Shown: positions 52,380 to 61,073, counted from the stretch's first letter. The stretch is DNA of 64,000 bases from Candidatus Methylomirabilia bacterium (GCA_041497895.1 JBGQHJ010000004.1:298-64297); one strand, 5' to 3'. Notes: generated from the letters alone by a model not told the origin. Made by a program: numbers and translations.

Positions 52380-55229
52380 GTGCTGGCCGCGGACGCGATC
52401 CGGCAGGACCCGCGGGCGGTCGCGCGCGACGTCCTCGGCATCGTCTCGGTGCTCGTCGACGAGCTCGGCGGCCGGTCCGGCGACCGGCCGGTCGGGCTCG
52501 ACGACGCGCTCGACCGAGACCTCGGCATCGGCAGCCTCGAGCGGGTCGAGCTGCTGGTGCGGCTCGAGCAGCGCTACGGAATACGTCTGCCCGACGCGGT
52601 GATGGCGGAGGCGGTCAGCCCGCGCGATCTGGTCACCGCCATCCAGGGCGCCGAGCCCCCGGGGGTCGAGACCATGCCGCCGCCTCGCGCGCCGGTCGGC
52701 GAGGCCACTCCGGCGCCGGCACAAGCGAGATCGCTCGTCGAGGCGCTCGACTGGCACGCCCACGCCTCGCCCGAGCGCGTTCACATCTTCCTGCGGGACG
52801 ACGATGGGAAGGAGCGGCCGATCACCTATGGCTCGCTCTGGCAGCGGGCGCACGCGGTCGCGGCCTCCCTGCGAGAGCGGAAGCTCGGCCGGGGCGACAC
52901 GGTGGCGATCATGCTCAGGACCGAAGAGGCCTTCTTCCACGCCTTCTTCGGGGTCTTGCTCACCGGGGCGGTGCCCGTGCCCATCTACCCGCCGTTCCGG
53001 CGCGACCTGATCGAGGACTACGCCCGTCGCCAGACCGGCATCCTGCGGAACTCGGCCGCGCGAGCGATCATCACGTTCCCGGAGGCCCTCCGCGTGGCCA
53101 CGCTGCTCCGCTCCCGCGTGCCGTCGCTGTGGCACGTCGTGGCCGCCCCCGACCTCGCGCGGTCCGGGGGGCCCGGCGCCAGCGAGCGCGGGGGATCGGG
53201 GGACCCCGCGTTGATCCAGTACACCTCCGGGAGCACCGGGGAGCCCAAGGGCGTGCTGCTCTCCCATGGGAACCTGCTCGAGAACCTCCGGGCGATCGGC
53301 GAGGCGATCCGGGTGCGTCCCGACGACGTCGCCGTGAGCTGGCTGCCGCTCTACCACGACATGGGTCTGATCGGATCCTGGCTGGGCGCGCTCTATTTCG
53401 GCATCCCGATCGCGATCCTCTCCCCGCTGGCCTTTCTCGCCCGTCCCGCCCGGTGGCTGCAGGCCATCCACGCCCACCGCGCCACCATCTCCGCCGCTCC
53501 GAACTTCGCCTTCGATCTGTGCGCCCGGCGGCTGACCGACGAGGAGGTCGGTGGCCTCGATCTGTCGTCGTGGCGCCTCGCGCTCAACGGCTCGGAGCCG
53601 GTCAGCCCGGCGACGATCGACCGGTTCACCCTGCGCTTCGGCCCGCGGGGGTTCAGGGCGAGCGCGATGTGCCCGGTCTACGGGCTCGCCGAGGCCTCGG
53701 TGGCCCTCACGATCCCGCCGCCGGGGGCCCCGCGTGTGGACACGATCGGCCGGACGACCTTCCAGGAGGCGGGCCGGGCCGTCCCCGCCGCGCCGGACGA
53801 GCCGGCGCCGTTGCGCTTCGTCTCGTGCGGCCCGCCCCTGCCGCGACACGAGGTGCGCGTGGTCGATCGGGCGGGCCGGCCGCTCGGCGAGCGGGTCGAG
53901 GGCCGGATCGAGTTTCGCGGCCCCTCGGTCACCGACGGCTACTGGCGGAACCCGGCCGCGACCCGGGCGGCGCGACACGACGGGTGGATGGATTCGGGAG
54001 ACCTGGGTTACTGGGCCGACGGCGAGCTGTACGTCACCGGGCGGCAGAAGGATCTCATCATCAAGGCGGGACGCAATCTCTACCCGCAGGAGGTCGAGGA
54101 CATCGTGGGCGCCGTCCCGGGCATCCGGAAGGGCTGCGTGGCCGCCTTCGGCGTCCACGACCCGAGCGTGGGAACCGAGCGGCTGGTGGTCGTCGCGGAG
54201 ACCCGGACGCGCCCGGGCCCCGAGCGGGAGCAGCTCCGGGCCGCGGTGATGGACCGGGTGGTGGCCGCGCTCGGGATCCCGGCCGACGTGGTCGTGATCG
54301 CGGATCCCCACGCCGTGCTCAAGACCTCCAGCGGCAAGGTCCGGCGCAGCGCGACCCGCGCCGTCTACGTGAAGGGCACCCTGGGCCGCCCGGGGCGGAC
54401 GGTCGCGGCGCAGTGGGCGCGCCTGCTCCTGGGCGATCTCGGGGCGCGGGCGGGCCGGGCCGCCGGCCGGCTGCCCGCTCTCGTCCGCGCCGGCTACCTG
54501 GGCTCACTGCTCCTGCTCACCGTCCCGCCGCTCTGGCTGGCCGTGCGCCTCGCCCCGACCGGCCCCACGGCCGACCGGATGGTCCGAGGCTGGTGTCGCC
54601 TGATGCTCACGGCCTCCGGCTGCTCGCTTCGGCTGGAGGGAGCCGACCACCTCTCCGCGCGCGGACCGCTCGTGCTGGCCGCGAACCACGGGAGCTACCT
54701 GGACGTGGTCGCGCTCCTCGCGACCTTGCCGATCCCGTTCCGGTTCGTGGCCAAGCAAGAGCTCGTCACCACGCCGGTCGTGGGAAGCATCATCCGCAAG
54801 GTCGGACACCTGACCGTGGAGCGCGGGCCGACCTCTCGCAGCGTGGCCGACGCCCTACGGGTGACCCGGGCCCTGCGCGACGGCTTCTCGGTGCTGGTGT
54901 TCCCGGAGGGCACGTTCGTGCGGGCGCCGGGCATCCTGCCGTTCCGCCTGGGCGGCTTCAAGGCGGCGGTGGAGACCGGGTGCCCGGTCATCCCGGTCAC
55001 GATCCGGGGAACCCGCGAGATCCTGCCCGATGACAGCTGGCTCCCACGCCCCGGGCCGGTCACGGTGGCGGTCGGTGCCCCGATCGCCCCCGAGCGTGAT
55101 GGCTGGCCGGCCATGGTCCGCCTGCGCGACCGCAGCCGGGCCGAGATCATCCGCCGCTCGGGCGAGCCGGCAGTCGACCGCCACCAGATCCTCCCACCCC
55201 AACCCGGAGACCAAGATGATCAGCGATAG
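52380..55229 (+). CDS. Tri-domain fusion: acyl-carrier-like domain, fatty acyl-AMP ligase, TM linker, lysophospholipid acyltransferase (PlsC/LPLAT)
   Basis: 949 aa. Phosphopantetheine-binding-like LGIGSLERVELL. AMP-binding motifs YTSGSTGEPKGV and SGDLGY. Acyltransferase motifs NHGSYLD (HX4D) and FPEGT. Confidence 0.85.
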   Translation: MLAADAIRQDPRAVARDVLGIVSVLVDELGGRSGDRPVGLDDALDRDLGIGSLERVELLVRLEQRYGIRLPDAVMAEAVSPRDLVTAIQGAEPPGVETMPPPRAPVGEATPAPAQARSLVEALDWHAHASPERVHIFLRDDDGKERPITYGSLWQRAHAVAASLRERKLGRGDTVAIMLRTEEAFFHAFFGVLLTGAVPVPIYPPFRRDLIEDYARRQTGILRNSAARAIITFPEALRVATLLRSRVPSLWHVVAAPDLARSGGPGASERGGSGDPALIQYTSGSTGEPKGVLLSHGNLLENLRAIGEAIRVRPDDVAVSWLPLYHDMGLIGSWLGALYFGIPIAILSPLAFLARPARWLQAIHAHRATISAAPNFAFDLCARRLTDEEVGGLDLSSWRLALNGSEPVSPATIDRFTLRFGPRGFRASAMCPVYGLAEASVALTIPPPGAPRVDTIGRTTFQEAGRAVPAAPDEPAPLRFVSCGPPLPRHEVRVVDRAGRPLGERVEGRIEFRGPSVTDGYWRNPAATRAARHDGWMDSGDLGYWADGELYVTGRQKDLIIKAGRNLYPQEVEDIVGAVPGIRKGCVAAFGVHDPSVGTERLVVVAETRTRPGPEREQLRAAVMDRVVAALGIPADVVVIADPHAVLKTSSGKVRRSATRAVYVKGTLGRPGRTVAAQWARLLLGDLGARAGRAAGRLPALVRAGYLGSLLLLTVPPLWLAVRLAPTGPTADRMVRGWCRLMLTASGCSLRLEGADHLSARGPLVLAANHGSYLDVVALLATLPIPFRFVAKQELVTTPVVGSIIRKVGHLTVERGPTSRSVADALRVTRALRDGFSVLVFPEGTFVRAPGILPFRLGGFKAAVETGCPVIPVTIRGTREILPDDSWLPRPGPVTVAVGAPIAPERDGWPAMVRLRDRSRAEIIRRSGEPAVDRHQILPPQPGDQDDQR

Positions 55230-55785
55230 GCCCCACGGACACTTCCTTCTCGTCACGCTCGGCAAGAACTGGTGGATGATCGTTGCCCGGGGCGCGCTCG
55301 CGATCCTGTTCGGCGCCCTGCTCCTTCTCCGGCCTGCCACGTCCCTGAACGTGCTGGTCGCGTTCTTCGGTGTCTACGCGCTGCTCGACGGCGGCTGGGC
55401 TATCGCGTCGGCCCTCTGGGTCACACGGACGCCCTTCGCGGCCTGGCCGGTCCTGTTCGAGGGCGCGGTGAGCGTCGCGGTGGGTGGGCTCGCCCTGGCG
55501 TGGCCGCTCGTACCCCGCGAGCTGGTGCTCGCCATCGCCACCTGGGGTCTCCTCACCGGGGCCCTTGAGATCACCGCGGCCGTCCGCCTGCCCCGCCGGG
55601 GAGCCGGCTACTGGCTGCTGGCGACGGGCGGCGTGTTCTCGCTGTTCCTGGCCGTGGTCATCCTGATCCTGCCCCACGCCGCGCAGCCGTCGGTCGTCCG
55701 TGCCCTGGGCATCTACGCGCTCGGCTTCGGCGCCCTGCTGGTGGCGGTGGCCTTCTCGCTCCGGAGGACGCTGCCGGCACGGTGA
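55216..55785 (+). CDS. HdeD/DUF308 family membrane protein
   Basis: 189 aa with six predicted TM helices. NWWMIVARGALAILFGALLLL is typical of DUF308. Confidence 0.8.
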   Translation: MISDRPHGHFLLVTLGKNWWMIVARGALAILFGALLLLRPATSLNVLVAFFGVYALLDGGWAIASALWVTRTPFAAWPVLFEGAVSVAVGGLALAWPLVPRELVLAIATWGLLTGALEITAAVRLPRRGAGYWLLATGGVFSLFLAVVILILPHAAQPSVVRALGIYALGFGALLVAVAFSLRRTLPAR

Positions 55786-55852
55786 TCCGGTGAGCGGCGC
55801 CCCGATCTCCGCGGGCGGCATGGCTCGGGGACCAGGGCGCCACGGCCCGGCG

Positions 55853-56329
55853 TCACATCACGGCTTCACGCGACCTGCGTCGCGCCACCTCCGCCTCCGT
55901 GGTCCGCATCAGCAACACGGGGATCTCCGCCTCCCGCAGCACGGCCTCGGCCACCGACCCGAAGATCAGGCGTCCGAGGCCGCCACGGCCGTGGGTGGAC
56001 ATCGCGATGAGATCGGCCCCGGCCGCACGCGCGGCCGCCACGATCTCCTCGGCCGGCCCGCCGCTGCGCACCGCGGTCGTGACACGCACGCCCTTGTTCC
56101 GAAGCTCGACCGCCACCGGGGCGAGGTACTCCTCCGCGTCGATCCGCCGCGCGGCCGGGTCCTCGGCCGACAGGTATGGCGAGCCCTCGAGCACCATCGG
56201 CGGGAGGGGCTGGAGGACGCGGAGGAGGGTCACCTCCAGGTCCAGGGGCCCGGCGATGTCCAGGATGAACGGGATGATGGTCTCGGCCACCGGAGAGCCA
56301 TCGAGTGCGACCAGTGCGCGCTTGTACAT
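55853..56329 (-). CDS. Universal stress protein
   Basis: 158 aa. MYKRALVALDGS..., STHGRGGLGRLIFGSVAE. Confidence 0.9.
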   Translation of the reverse strand: MYKRALVALDGSPVAETIIPFILDIAGPLDLEVTLLRVLQPLPPMVLEGSPYLSAEDPAARRIDAEEYLAPVAVELRNKGVRVTTAVRSGGPAEEIVAAARAAGADLIAMSTHGRGGLGRLIFGSVAEAVLREAEIPVLLMRTTEAEVARRRSREAVM

Positions 56330-56425
56330 CGTCGTCTCCTCTAGGCTGGTTCAGGGTCGTTGCTATTTGAACTTCGCGATGGCGCTCCGCAGGGCCGGCG
56401 GCCCTGTCGCCCGTGGCTCATGGAG

Positions 56426-56441
56426 TGCATGGGCGATGCCG
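56426..56441 (-). promoter_or_regulatory. Weak sigma-54-like match upstream of the USP gene
   Basis: The minus strand reads CGGCAT-cgccc-ATGCA. GG and GC are correctly spaced but both hexamers are degenerate. Predicted +1 is ~56415, 86 nt before the ATG. Confidence 0.3.
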
Positions 56442-56584
56442 AGGGGGAAGGCCAGGAAAATCGAGGTCCTGGGAATCTCGCCGCCCCGCCCGAGACCGAG
56501 CGGGCGAGGCGCCACCGCCTCTCGTGGGTCGGCCGCGCCACGCCTGGCCCTTCCGGGCCGGGCATGGCAAGCTGCCCCAGCCCC

Positions 56585-57103
56585 ATGTCCACCATGGCCA
56601 CCTGCCTGTCGCGCGTCGGCCGACTCGTGTATTTCATGGCTCCGGCCTACATCGCCAACATGACCCCGCCCCTCGTCCGTTACTGGCGGGGATGGAACCG
56701 GCCGATCAGCGTGCGGTGGCTCGGCAGTCACAAGACCGTGGTCGGCTTCGGGGCGGGCGTCCTCGCGGCGGTGGTCGTCACGCTCGCCCAGTCGCACATC
56801 GCCTGGCCGGGCGGGCTCGTCGCGCACGACCGCTGGCTCGCGCTCGGTCTTCGATTCGGCGCCGGGGCCATGGCGGGCGACGCCGCGAAGAGCTTCGTGA
56901 AGCGCCGCCTGGGAATCGCCCCGGGCAAGCCCTGGATCCCATGGGACCAGGTGGACTTCGTACTCGGGGCGCTCATCCTGGTCTGGGGTCAGGCGGCCCT
57001 GTCATGGTCCGACGTGGCGATCATCCTGCTCCTGAGCGCCACGGGTCACATCCTGGCGAGCCACGTGGGCTACTGGATCGGGGTGCGGGACGTGAAGTGG
57101 TAG
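56585..57103 (+). CDS. CDP-archaeol synthase (CarS, DUF46/PF01864)-like integral membrane protein
   Basis: APAYIANMTPP, GSHKTVVGFGAG, GDAAKSFVKRRLGIAPGKPWIPWDQ and the C-terminal VRDVKW mirror archaeal CarS motifs. The start (ATG 56585 or 56594) is uncertain. Confidence 0.7.
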   Translation: MSTMATCLSRVGRLVYFMAPAYIANMTPPLVRYWRGWNRPISVRWLGSHKTVVGFGAGVLAAVVVTLAQSHIAWPGGLVAHDRWLALGLRFGAGAMAGDAAKSFVKRRLGIAPGKPWIPWDQVDFVLGALILVWGQAALSWSDVAIILLLSATGHILASHVGYWIGVRDVKW

Positions 57104-57115
57104 ATCCGGGAGGAT

Positions 57116-57313
57116 CTACCCCTTCTTGACCTTGGGCTTGGTGACGCCCCACAGCACGCGCGGTCCCTCGGCGGCCTGGTGAATCGTCGTGTCCTTGCGG
57201 AAGGCGGCCCGGGCGCTCTTCATCCGCCGCGCGACACGCGGGGCCAGCACCCGCACCTCGGGAGGCCGACCCGCCTTGCGGGAACGAGACGCCCCGGTCT
57301 TCGCCTTTGCCAT
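57116..57313 (-). CDS. Hypothetical small basic protein (65 aa)
   Basis: AGGAGG lies 5 nt upstream of ATG 57313. Lys/Arg-rich MAKAKTGASRSRKAGRPP... Directly downstream of a CBS gene. No homology recognised. Confidence 0.4.
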   Translation of the reverse strand: MAKAKTGASRSRKAGRPPEVRVLAPRVARRMKSARAAFRKDTTIHQAAEGPRVLWGVTKPKVKKG

Positions 57314-57337
57314 CACGTCCTCCTGTGGCCGTTGCTG

Positions 57338-57802
57338 CTACCACATGTAGCCGCCGACGAACTCGGCGACCCGGCCCTCCATCATGAGGGCCTTCAGCAC
57401 GTCCTGCTCGGTGAGCAGGCCGACGAGCCGGCCGCGCTCGATGACCGGCAGGCTGCCCACGCGGCTCTCGAACATGATGAGGGCCGCGGAGAGCACCGGG
57501 GTCTCCGGAGCCGTCGTGACGACGGCCCACGTCATCACGTCCCTCACCCGCAGGTTCTCCAGGGTCTCGCCCAGCTGCCGCGCGAGCCGTCGGGCCCGGA
57601 CCGAGAGGTATTCCTGCACCGCGGGCGCGAAGGCGGCGTGCCGCAGGTCGCGGTCGGTGACGATTCCCATCAGCGCTCCCTTTTCATCCACGACCGGCAG
57701 GTGACGAACGTGCTTCGTCCGCATGACGTCCAGCGCCGTGCCCACGGCCGCTTCCGGCTCGATCGTCAGCGGGTCCTTGGCCATCACGTCCCTGACCTTC
57801 AT
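57338..57802 (-). CDS. CBS-pair domain protein
   Basis: 154 aa with two CBS repeats (MKVRDVMAKDPLTI...; VRDVMTWAVVTT...). Confidence 0.85.
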   Translation of the reverse strand: MKVRDVMAKDPLTIEPEAAVGTALDVMRTKHVRHLPVVDEKGALMGIVTDRDLRHAAFAPAVQEYLSVRARRLARQLGETLENLRVRDVMTWAVVTTAPETPVLSAALIMFESRVGSLPVIERGRLVGLLTEQDVLKALMMEGRVAEFVGGYMW

Positions 57803-57892
57803 CTTGTGCTCCCTTCGCCGGACCGAACGCCTGGCACTGCGGGTCCGTCGGGCTCGGGTCATGGCTCGATCGCTCCTCCGCTTCCCTGAGAG

Positions 57893-57908
57893 TGCATCCG
57901 GCCTGCCA
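57893..57908 (-). promoter_or_regulatory. Sigma-54-like promoter upstream of the CBS / small basic protein genes
   Basis: The minus strand reads TGGCAG-gccgg-ATGCA. Predicted +1 is ~57882. Shares two upstream blocks with the 27460 promoter at identical offsets. Confidence 0.5.
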
Positions 57909-58011
57909 ACGCCCCACGTCTGCGACCGCTTCCGAACCGGGATGTTAGCCGCGATCTCCCGGGGCCCGCTGGGTCTGCGGCTCCCCGGCTGAGGCGTTCC
58001 GGCCCCAGGAG

Positions 58012-59397
58012 TCATGCGCTCGGTGGATTCGCGATGAGGCCTTCGCGCATGAGGAGCGCGACCGCTTCGCGCGCCTCCCGCATGGTCCTGGCCGCGTCGG
58101 TGTAGAGCCGCTCCCAGTCCTTCGATAAGACCGCGACACCGTCCTCCTGGGCCGCGACTCCCGCCGCGGCGGCCACCCGGGGAAAGACGTCCCACTCGTC
58201 CATGCGCGGCAGGATGTCCTCGTCGTGGATCGACCGTGACTCGGCGAAGCGCGCCAGCTCCCGGGCGACGCTCCGCGCCATGCCGTCCGTGATGGCCCGG
58301 GTGCGAACGTCGAGAGCGCCCCGGAACAGGCCCGGGAAGACCAGCGAGTTGTTGAGCTGGTTGGGAAAATCGCCCCGCCCCGTCGCGATCACGCGGGCGC
58401 CCGCCGCCCTGGCCTCCCACGGCCAGATCTCCGGAACCGGATTCGCGCAGGCGAACACGATGGCGTCGCGGGCCATGCCCGCCACCCACTCGGGCTTGAT
58501 GATCCCGGGCCCGGAGGCCGAGAACGCCGCGCAGACGTCCGCGCCGCGGAGGGCGTCGGCGATGCCGCCGACCAGGCCGTCGGCGTTGCTCTCCCGGCAC
58601 ACGCGCCACTTGTCCGGGAAGCGCGCCTGCTCGGCCTCGATATCGTGCCGCCCCCGATGCAGGATGCCCGCTCGGTCGCACGCCACGATGGCGCCCGGCT
58701 CGACGCCGCTGGTGGTGAGCAGGCGATATCCCGCGACGTTCGCCGCCCCGATTCCGACCATCACGATCCGCACCCGGCCCAGGTCCTTGCCGACAACCTT
58801 GAGGGCGTTGAGCAGTCCGGCCAGGAGGCAGGTGGCCGTCCCCTGCTGATCGTCGTGCCAGACGGGAATGCGGAGGTCCCGCCGGAGCGCGTCGAGCACG
58901 CGGAAGCACTTGGGCTGGGCGATGTCCTCCAGGTTGATCGCCCCGAAGGCGGGCTCGATCAGCTTGACCGCGCGCGTCAGCTCGTCGGGATCCTTGGTCG
59001 CCAGGCAGATCGGCACCGCGTCGACGCCGCCGAGGTACTTGAAGAGCATCGCCTTGCCTTCCATGACCGGCAGGCTGGCCTCGGGGCCGATGTCGCCGAG
59101 GCCGAGCACTCGCGTGCCGTCGGTCACGATCGCGATCGAGTTGCCCTTGTTGGTGTGGGCGTACACCTGCTCTGGATCGGCCTGGATGGCCCGGCACGGG
59201 GCGGCCACACCGGGCGAGTACCAGATCGCCAGGTCCGACAAGCCACGGATCGCGCACTTCGGCATCACCTGCAGCTTGCCGCGGTAGAAGGGATGCAGGC
59301 GCAGGGCCTCTTCCGCCGGCTTCGCCGCCCGCGCGAGCAGCTCCTCCATCCCGGAAGGCGGCGGCGTCTTCATGATCACACGCTCCATCGCCTGCAA
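58012..59397 (-). CDS. NAD(P)-dependent malic enzyme (short form, no PTA domain)
   Basis: YSPGVAAPC, VTDGTRVLGLGDIGP and GIGAANVA. The true start is probably GTG 59379 or ATG 59373, because the sigma-54 promoter overlaps the 59397 ATG. Confidence 0.9.
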   Translation of the reverse strand: MQAMERVIMKTPPPSGMEELLARAAKPAEEALRLHPFYRGKLQVMPKCAIRGLSDLAIWYSPGVAAPCRAIQADPEQVYAHTNKGNSIAIVTDGTRVLGLGDIGPEASLPVMEGKAMLFKYLGGVDAVPICLATKDPDELTRAVKLIEPAFGAINLEDIAQPKCFRVLDALRRDLRIPVWHDDQQGTATCLLAGLLNALKVVGKDLGRVRIVMVGIGAANVAGYRLLTTSGVEPGAIVACDRAGILHRGRHDIEAEQARFPDKWRVCRESNADGLVGGIADALRGADVCAAFSASGPGIIKPEWVAGMARDAIVFACANPVPEIWPWEARAAGARVIATGRGDFPNQLNNSLVFPGLFRGALDVRTRAITDGMARSVARELARFAESRSIHDEDILPRMDEWDVFPRVAAAAGVAAQEDGVAVLSKDWERLYTDAARTMREAREAVALLMREGLIANPPSA

Positions 59398-59408
59398 CTC
59401 GACTGCCA
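59393..59408 (-). promoter_or_regulatory. Sigma-54 promoter upstream of the malic enzyme gene
   Basis: The minus strand reads TGGCAG-tcgag-TTGCA. Predicted +1 is ~59382, 3 nt before GTG 59379. Confidence 0.6.
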
Positions 59409-59460
59409 GGCGAGGCGCCCACGATCACGGACACTTCTGATGCGAGCATGGAGGCACGCG

Positions 59461-59476
59461 CGCCCCAGCTGGGGCG
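59461..59476. promoter_or_regulatory. 16-bp perfect palindrome cgCCCCAGCTGGGGcg; candidate bEBP enhancer between divergent sigma-54 promoters
   Basis: Centrally placed between the -24 elements at 59408 (-) and 59553 (+). Homologous in sequence and position to the palindrome at 61149-61166. Confidence 0.4.
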
Positions 59477-59552
59477 GTGACTCCCCCGGTCGAGCTGAGC
59501 GTCCCGGTCGCCGGAGGATCGCCTGGTCTGCCCTCGTCAGCACTTGAGCGCC

Positions 59553-59568
59553 AGGCACGGGGTTTGCT
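59553..59568 (+). promoter_or_regulatory. Sigma-54 promoter upstream of the small 2-TM protein gene
   Basis: AGGCAC-ggggt-TTGCT, preceded by the conserved box ACTTGAGCG (59542-59550). Predicted +1 is ~59579. ATG at 59590. Confidence 0.65.
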
Positions 59569-59589
59569 CTCCCTCTGGAGGACGAGATC

Positions 59590-59901
59590 ATGAGCTATCA
59601 ATTCACCCGTATCTGGAGCCGGGCCTCGGTCGTCGTCGGGACCGGGGTGATCGTGCTGACCGTGCTCGTCGCGTCGTGGCTCGGCTTCTCGAGCGAGCCC
59701 GAGTTGGAGCGCTTCGCCTCGGCGAGCCGCATCCTGACCGGCCTGATCGTGAGCCTCGCGGGCCTGGTCGTCGGGGGCACCATGATCGTCGCGGGGCAGC
59801 TCGTCTCCGTGCTCCTCGACCAGCGCGAGCTCCTGGTCGAGATCCATCAGGCGCTCACCGCGCAGGCCAACCCGGCCTCGGAGGTGGCCCGACGGCCCTG
59901 A
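59590..59901 (+). CDS. Small membrane protein (103 aa, two TM helices plus an amphipathic C-terminal helix); unknown family
   Basis: MSYQFTRIWSRASVVVGTGVIVLTVLVASWLGFSS...GGTMIVAGQLVSVLLDQRELL. Clear paralog at 61286..61594. Confidence 0.65.
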   Translation: MSYQFTRIWSRASVVVGTGVIVLTVLVASWLGFSSEPELERFASASRILTGLIVSLAGLVVGGTMIVAGQLVSVLLDQRELLVEIHQALTAQANPASEVARRP

Positions 59902-59924
59902 CCCGTCACCGGCTGGCGGGGCTC

Positions 59925-60350
59925 CTATCCTGGGCCGGTACTTTCTGGGGATCCCACGACGGCCCGAATGACGTCGGTGGCCGTGAGGATCCCGACCACC
60001 CGGCCGGCGTCGGCCACCGGCAGGGCGCCGAGCTTGTGCTCGTGCATGATGCGGGCGGCGTCGCGAATGTCCGCGTCGGGTCCCACGGTTATCACGCCCC
60101 AGGTCATGATCTCGTTGGTCCTCAGACGGCCGAGGGTCCCGACCAACCGGTCCGGCTCCTCTTGCAGGCACCATCCGAGGATCACCAGCTGCAGATCATG
60201 GTCGGTGACCATCCCGATGAGCCGGCGGTCGCTATCGAGCACCGGGAGATGGCGCACCTGCCGGGAGCGGAGGATGCTCCACGCATCCGCGATCGTCGCG
60301 TCGTGGCCGATCGTGATCACCGGACCGGTCATCAGGTCTGCGACCCGCAT
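59925..60350 (-). CDS. CBS-pair domain protein
   Basis: 141 aa from ATG 60350, preceded by AAGAGGAG. Two CBS repeats. Confidence 0.85.
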   Translation of the reverse strand: MRVADLMTGPVITIGHDATIADAWSILRSRQVRHLPVLDSDRRLIGMVTDHDLQLVILGWCLQEEPDRLVGTLGRLRTNEIMTWGVITVGPDADIRDAARIMHEHKLGALPVADAGRVVGILTATDVIRAVVGSPESTGPG

Positions 60351-60400
60351 CGCTCCTCTTTCACGAGTCTCGCTCCGCACGCTCCTGGATCGCGCGGCTC

Positions 60401-60425
60401 GCCGCCGGTCTCACCTGCCGGCGGC
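60401..60425 (-). terminator. GC hairpin (8-bp stem gccgccgg/ccggcggc, 9-nt loop) between two CBS genes; possible attenuator or terminator
   Basis: Located 18 nt downstream of the stop of CBS gene 60443..61003. No U-tract. Confidence 0.3.
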
Positions 60426-60442
60426 GATCACGCGCCCGGGGG

Positions 60443-61003
60443 TCAGGCCTCGGCGCCCCAGCGACCCGGGAACGAGATCACGCCCTCGTCGAGCATCCGG
60501 ACCACCGTCTTCAGGACATCGCCGGCCGCGAGCATGCCGATCACCCGATCGTGCTCCACGACCGGCACGGCCCCGATCTTGTTGGCGTGGATGAGCCGCG
60601 CGACCTCACGCAGCAAGGCATCCGGCTTCGTGGTGATCACGCCCCAGGTCATCACGTCCTTGACGGTCTGGGTCCGGAGCGCCCGATCCAGATCCTCGAA
60701 CGCGTCGCGGAGGGCGGGGCTGAGAACCGTCTGGCGCAGGTCGCGGTCGCTTACGATGCCGACGAGATGCCCGGTGTCGTCCAATACCGGCGCGTGGCGG
60801 ATATTCCGGGTCCGCATGGCCTTGACTGCGGCACCGACGAGCATCCCCTCACGGAACGTCACGGCCGGACGGGTCATGACGTCGCGCACCCGCACGACCC
60901 CCTCCGGCCAGCCGGCCTCTTCCAGCTCGCGCCCGGCCCGCCCCGGGCGTTTCGGATTCCTGGTTCGCACGGCTCGGGTGATCGCTCTCTTCGGATGCTT
61001 CAT
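60443..61003 (-). CDS. CBS-pair domain protein with a basic N-terminal extension
   Basis: 186 aa from ATG 61003, preceded by GGAAGGAGGA. N-terminal region KHPKRAITRAVRTRNPKRPGRAGR, then two CBS repeats. Confidence 0.8.
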   Translation of the reverse strand: MKHPKRAITRAVRTRNPKRPGRAGRELEEAGWPEGVVRVRDVMTRPAVTFREGMLVGAAVKAMRTRNIRHAPVLDDTGHLVGIVSDRDLRQTVLSPALRDAFEDLDRALRTQTVKDVMTWGVITTKPDALLREVARLIHANKIGAVPVVEHDRVIGMLAAGDVLKTVVRMLDEGVISFPGRWGAEA

Positions 61004-61045
61004 GGGAGGTCCTCCTTCCATCGACGCGGTCGAGTTCGTGCGATG

Positions 61046-61061
61046 TGCATCTGCCCTGCCA
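61046..61061 (-). promoter_or_regulatory. Sigma-54-like promoter upstream of the tandem CBS genes
   Basis: The minus strand reads TGGCAG-ggcag-ATGCA. Predicted +1 is ~61035, 32 nt before ATG 61003. Confidence 0.5.
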
Positions 61062-61073
61062 GGGTCGAGTGGT

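Noticed and set aside
56559-56574. GGGCAT-ggcaa-GCTGC as a sigma-54 promoter for the CarS-like gene.
   Set aside because: The GC of the -12 element is displaced by one nucleotide (6-nt spacer). Sigma-54 promoters do not tolerate spacing changes.
57832-57847. Plus-strand TGGCAC-tgcgg-GTCCG as a sigma-54 promoter.
   Set aside because: The -24 element is perfect, but there is no -12 GC element at the required spacing and no plus-strand gene downstream.
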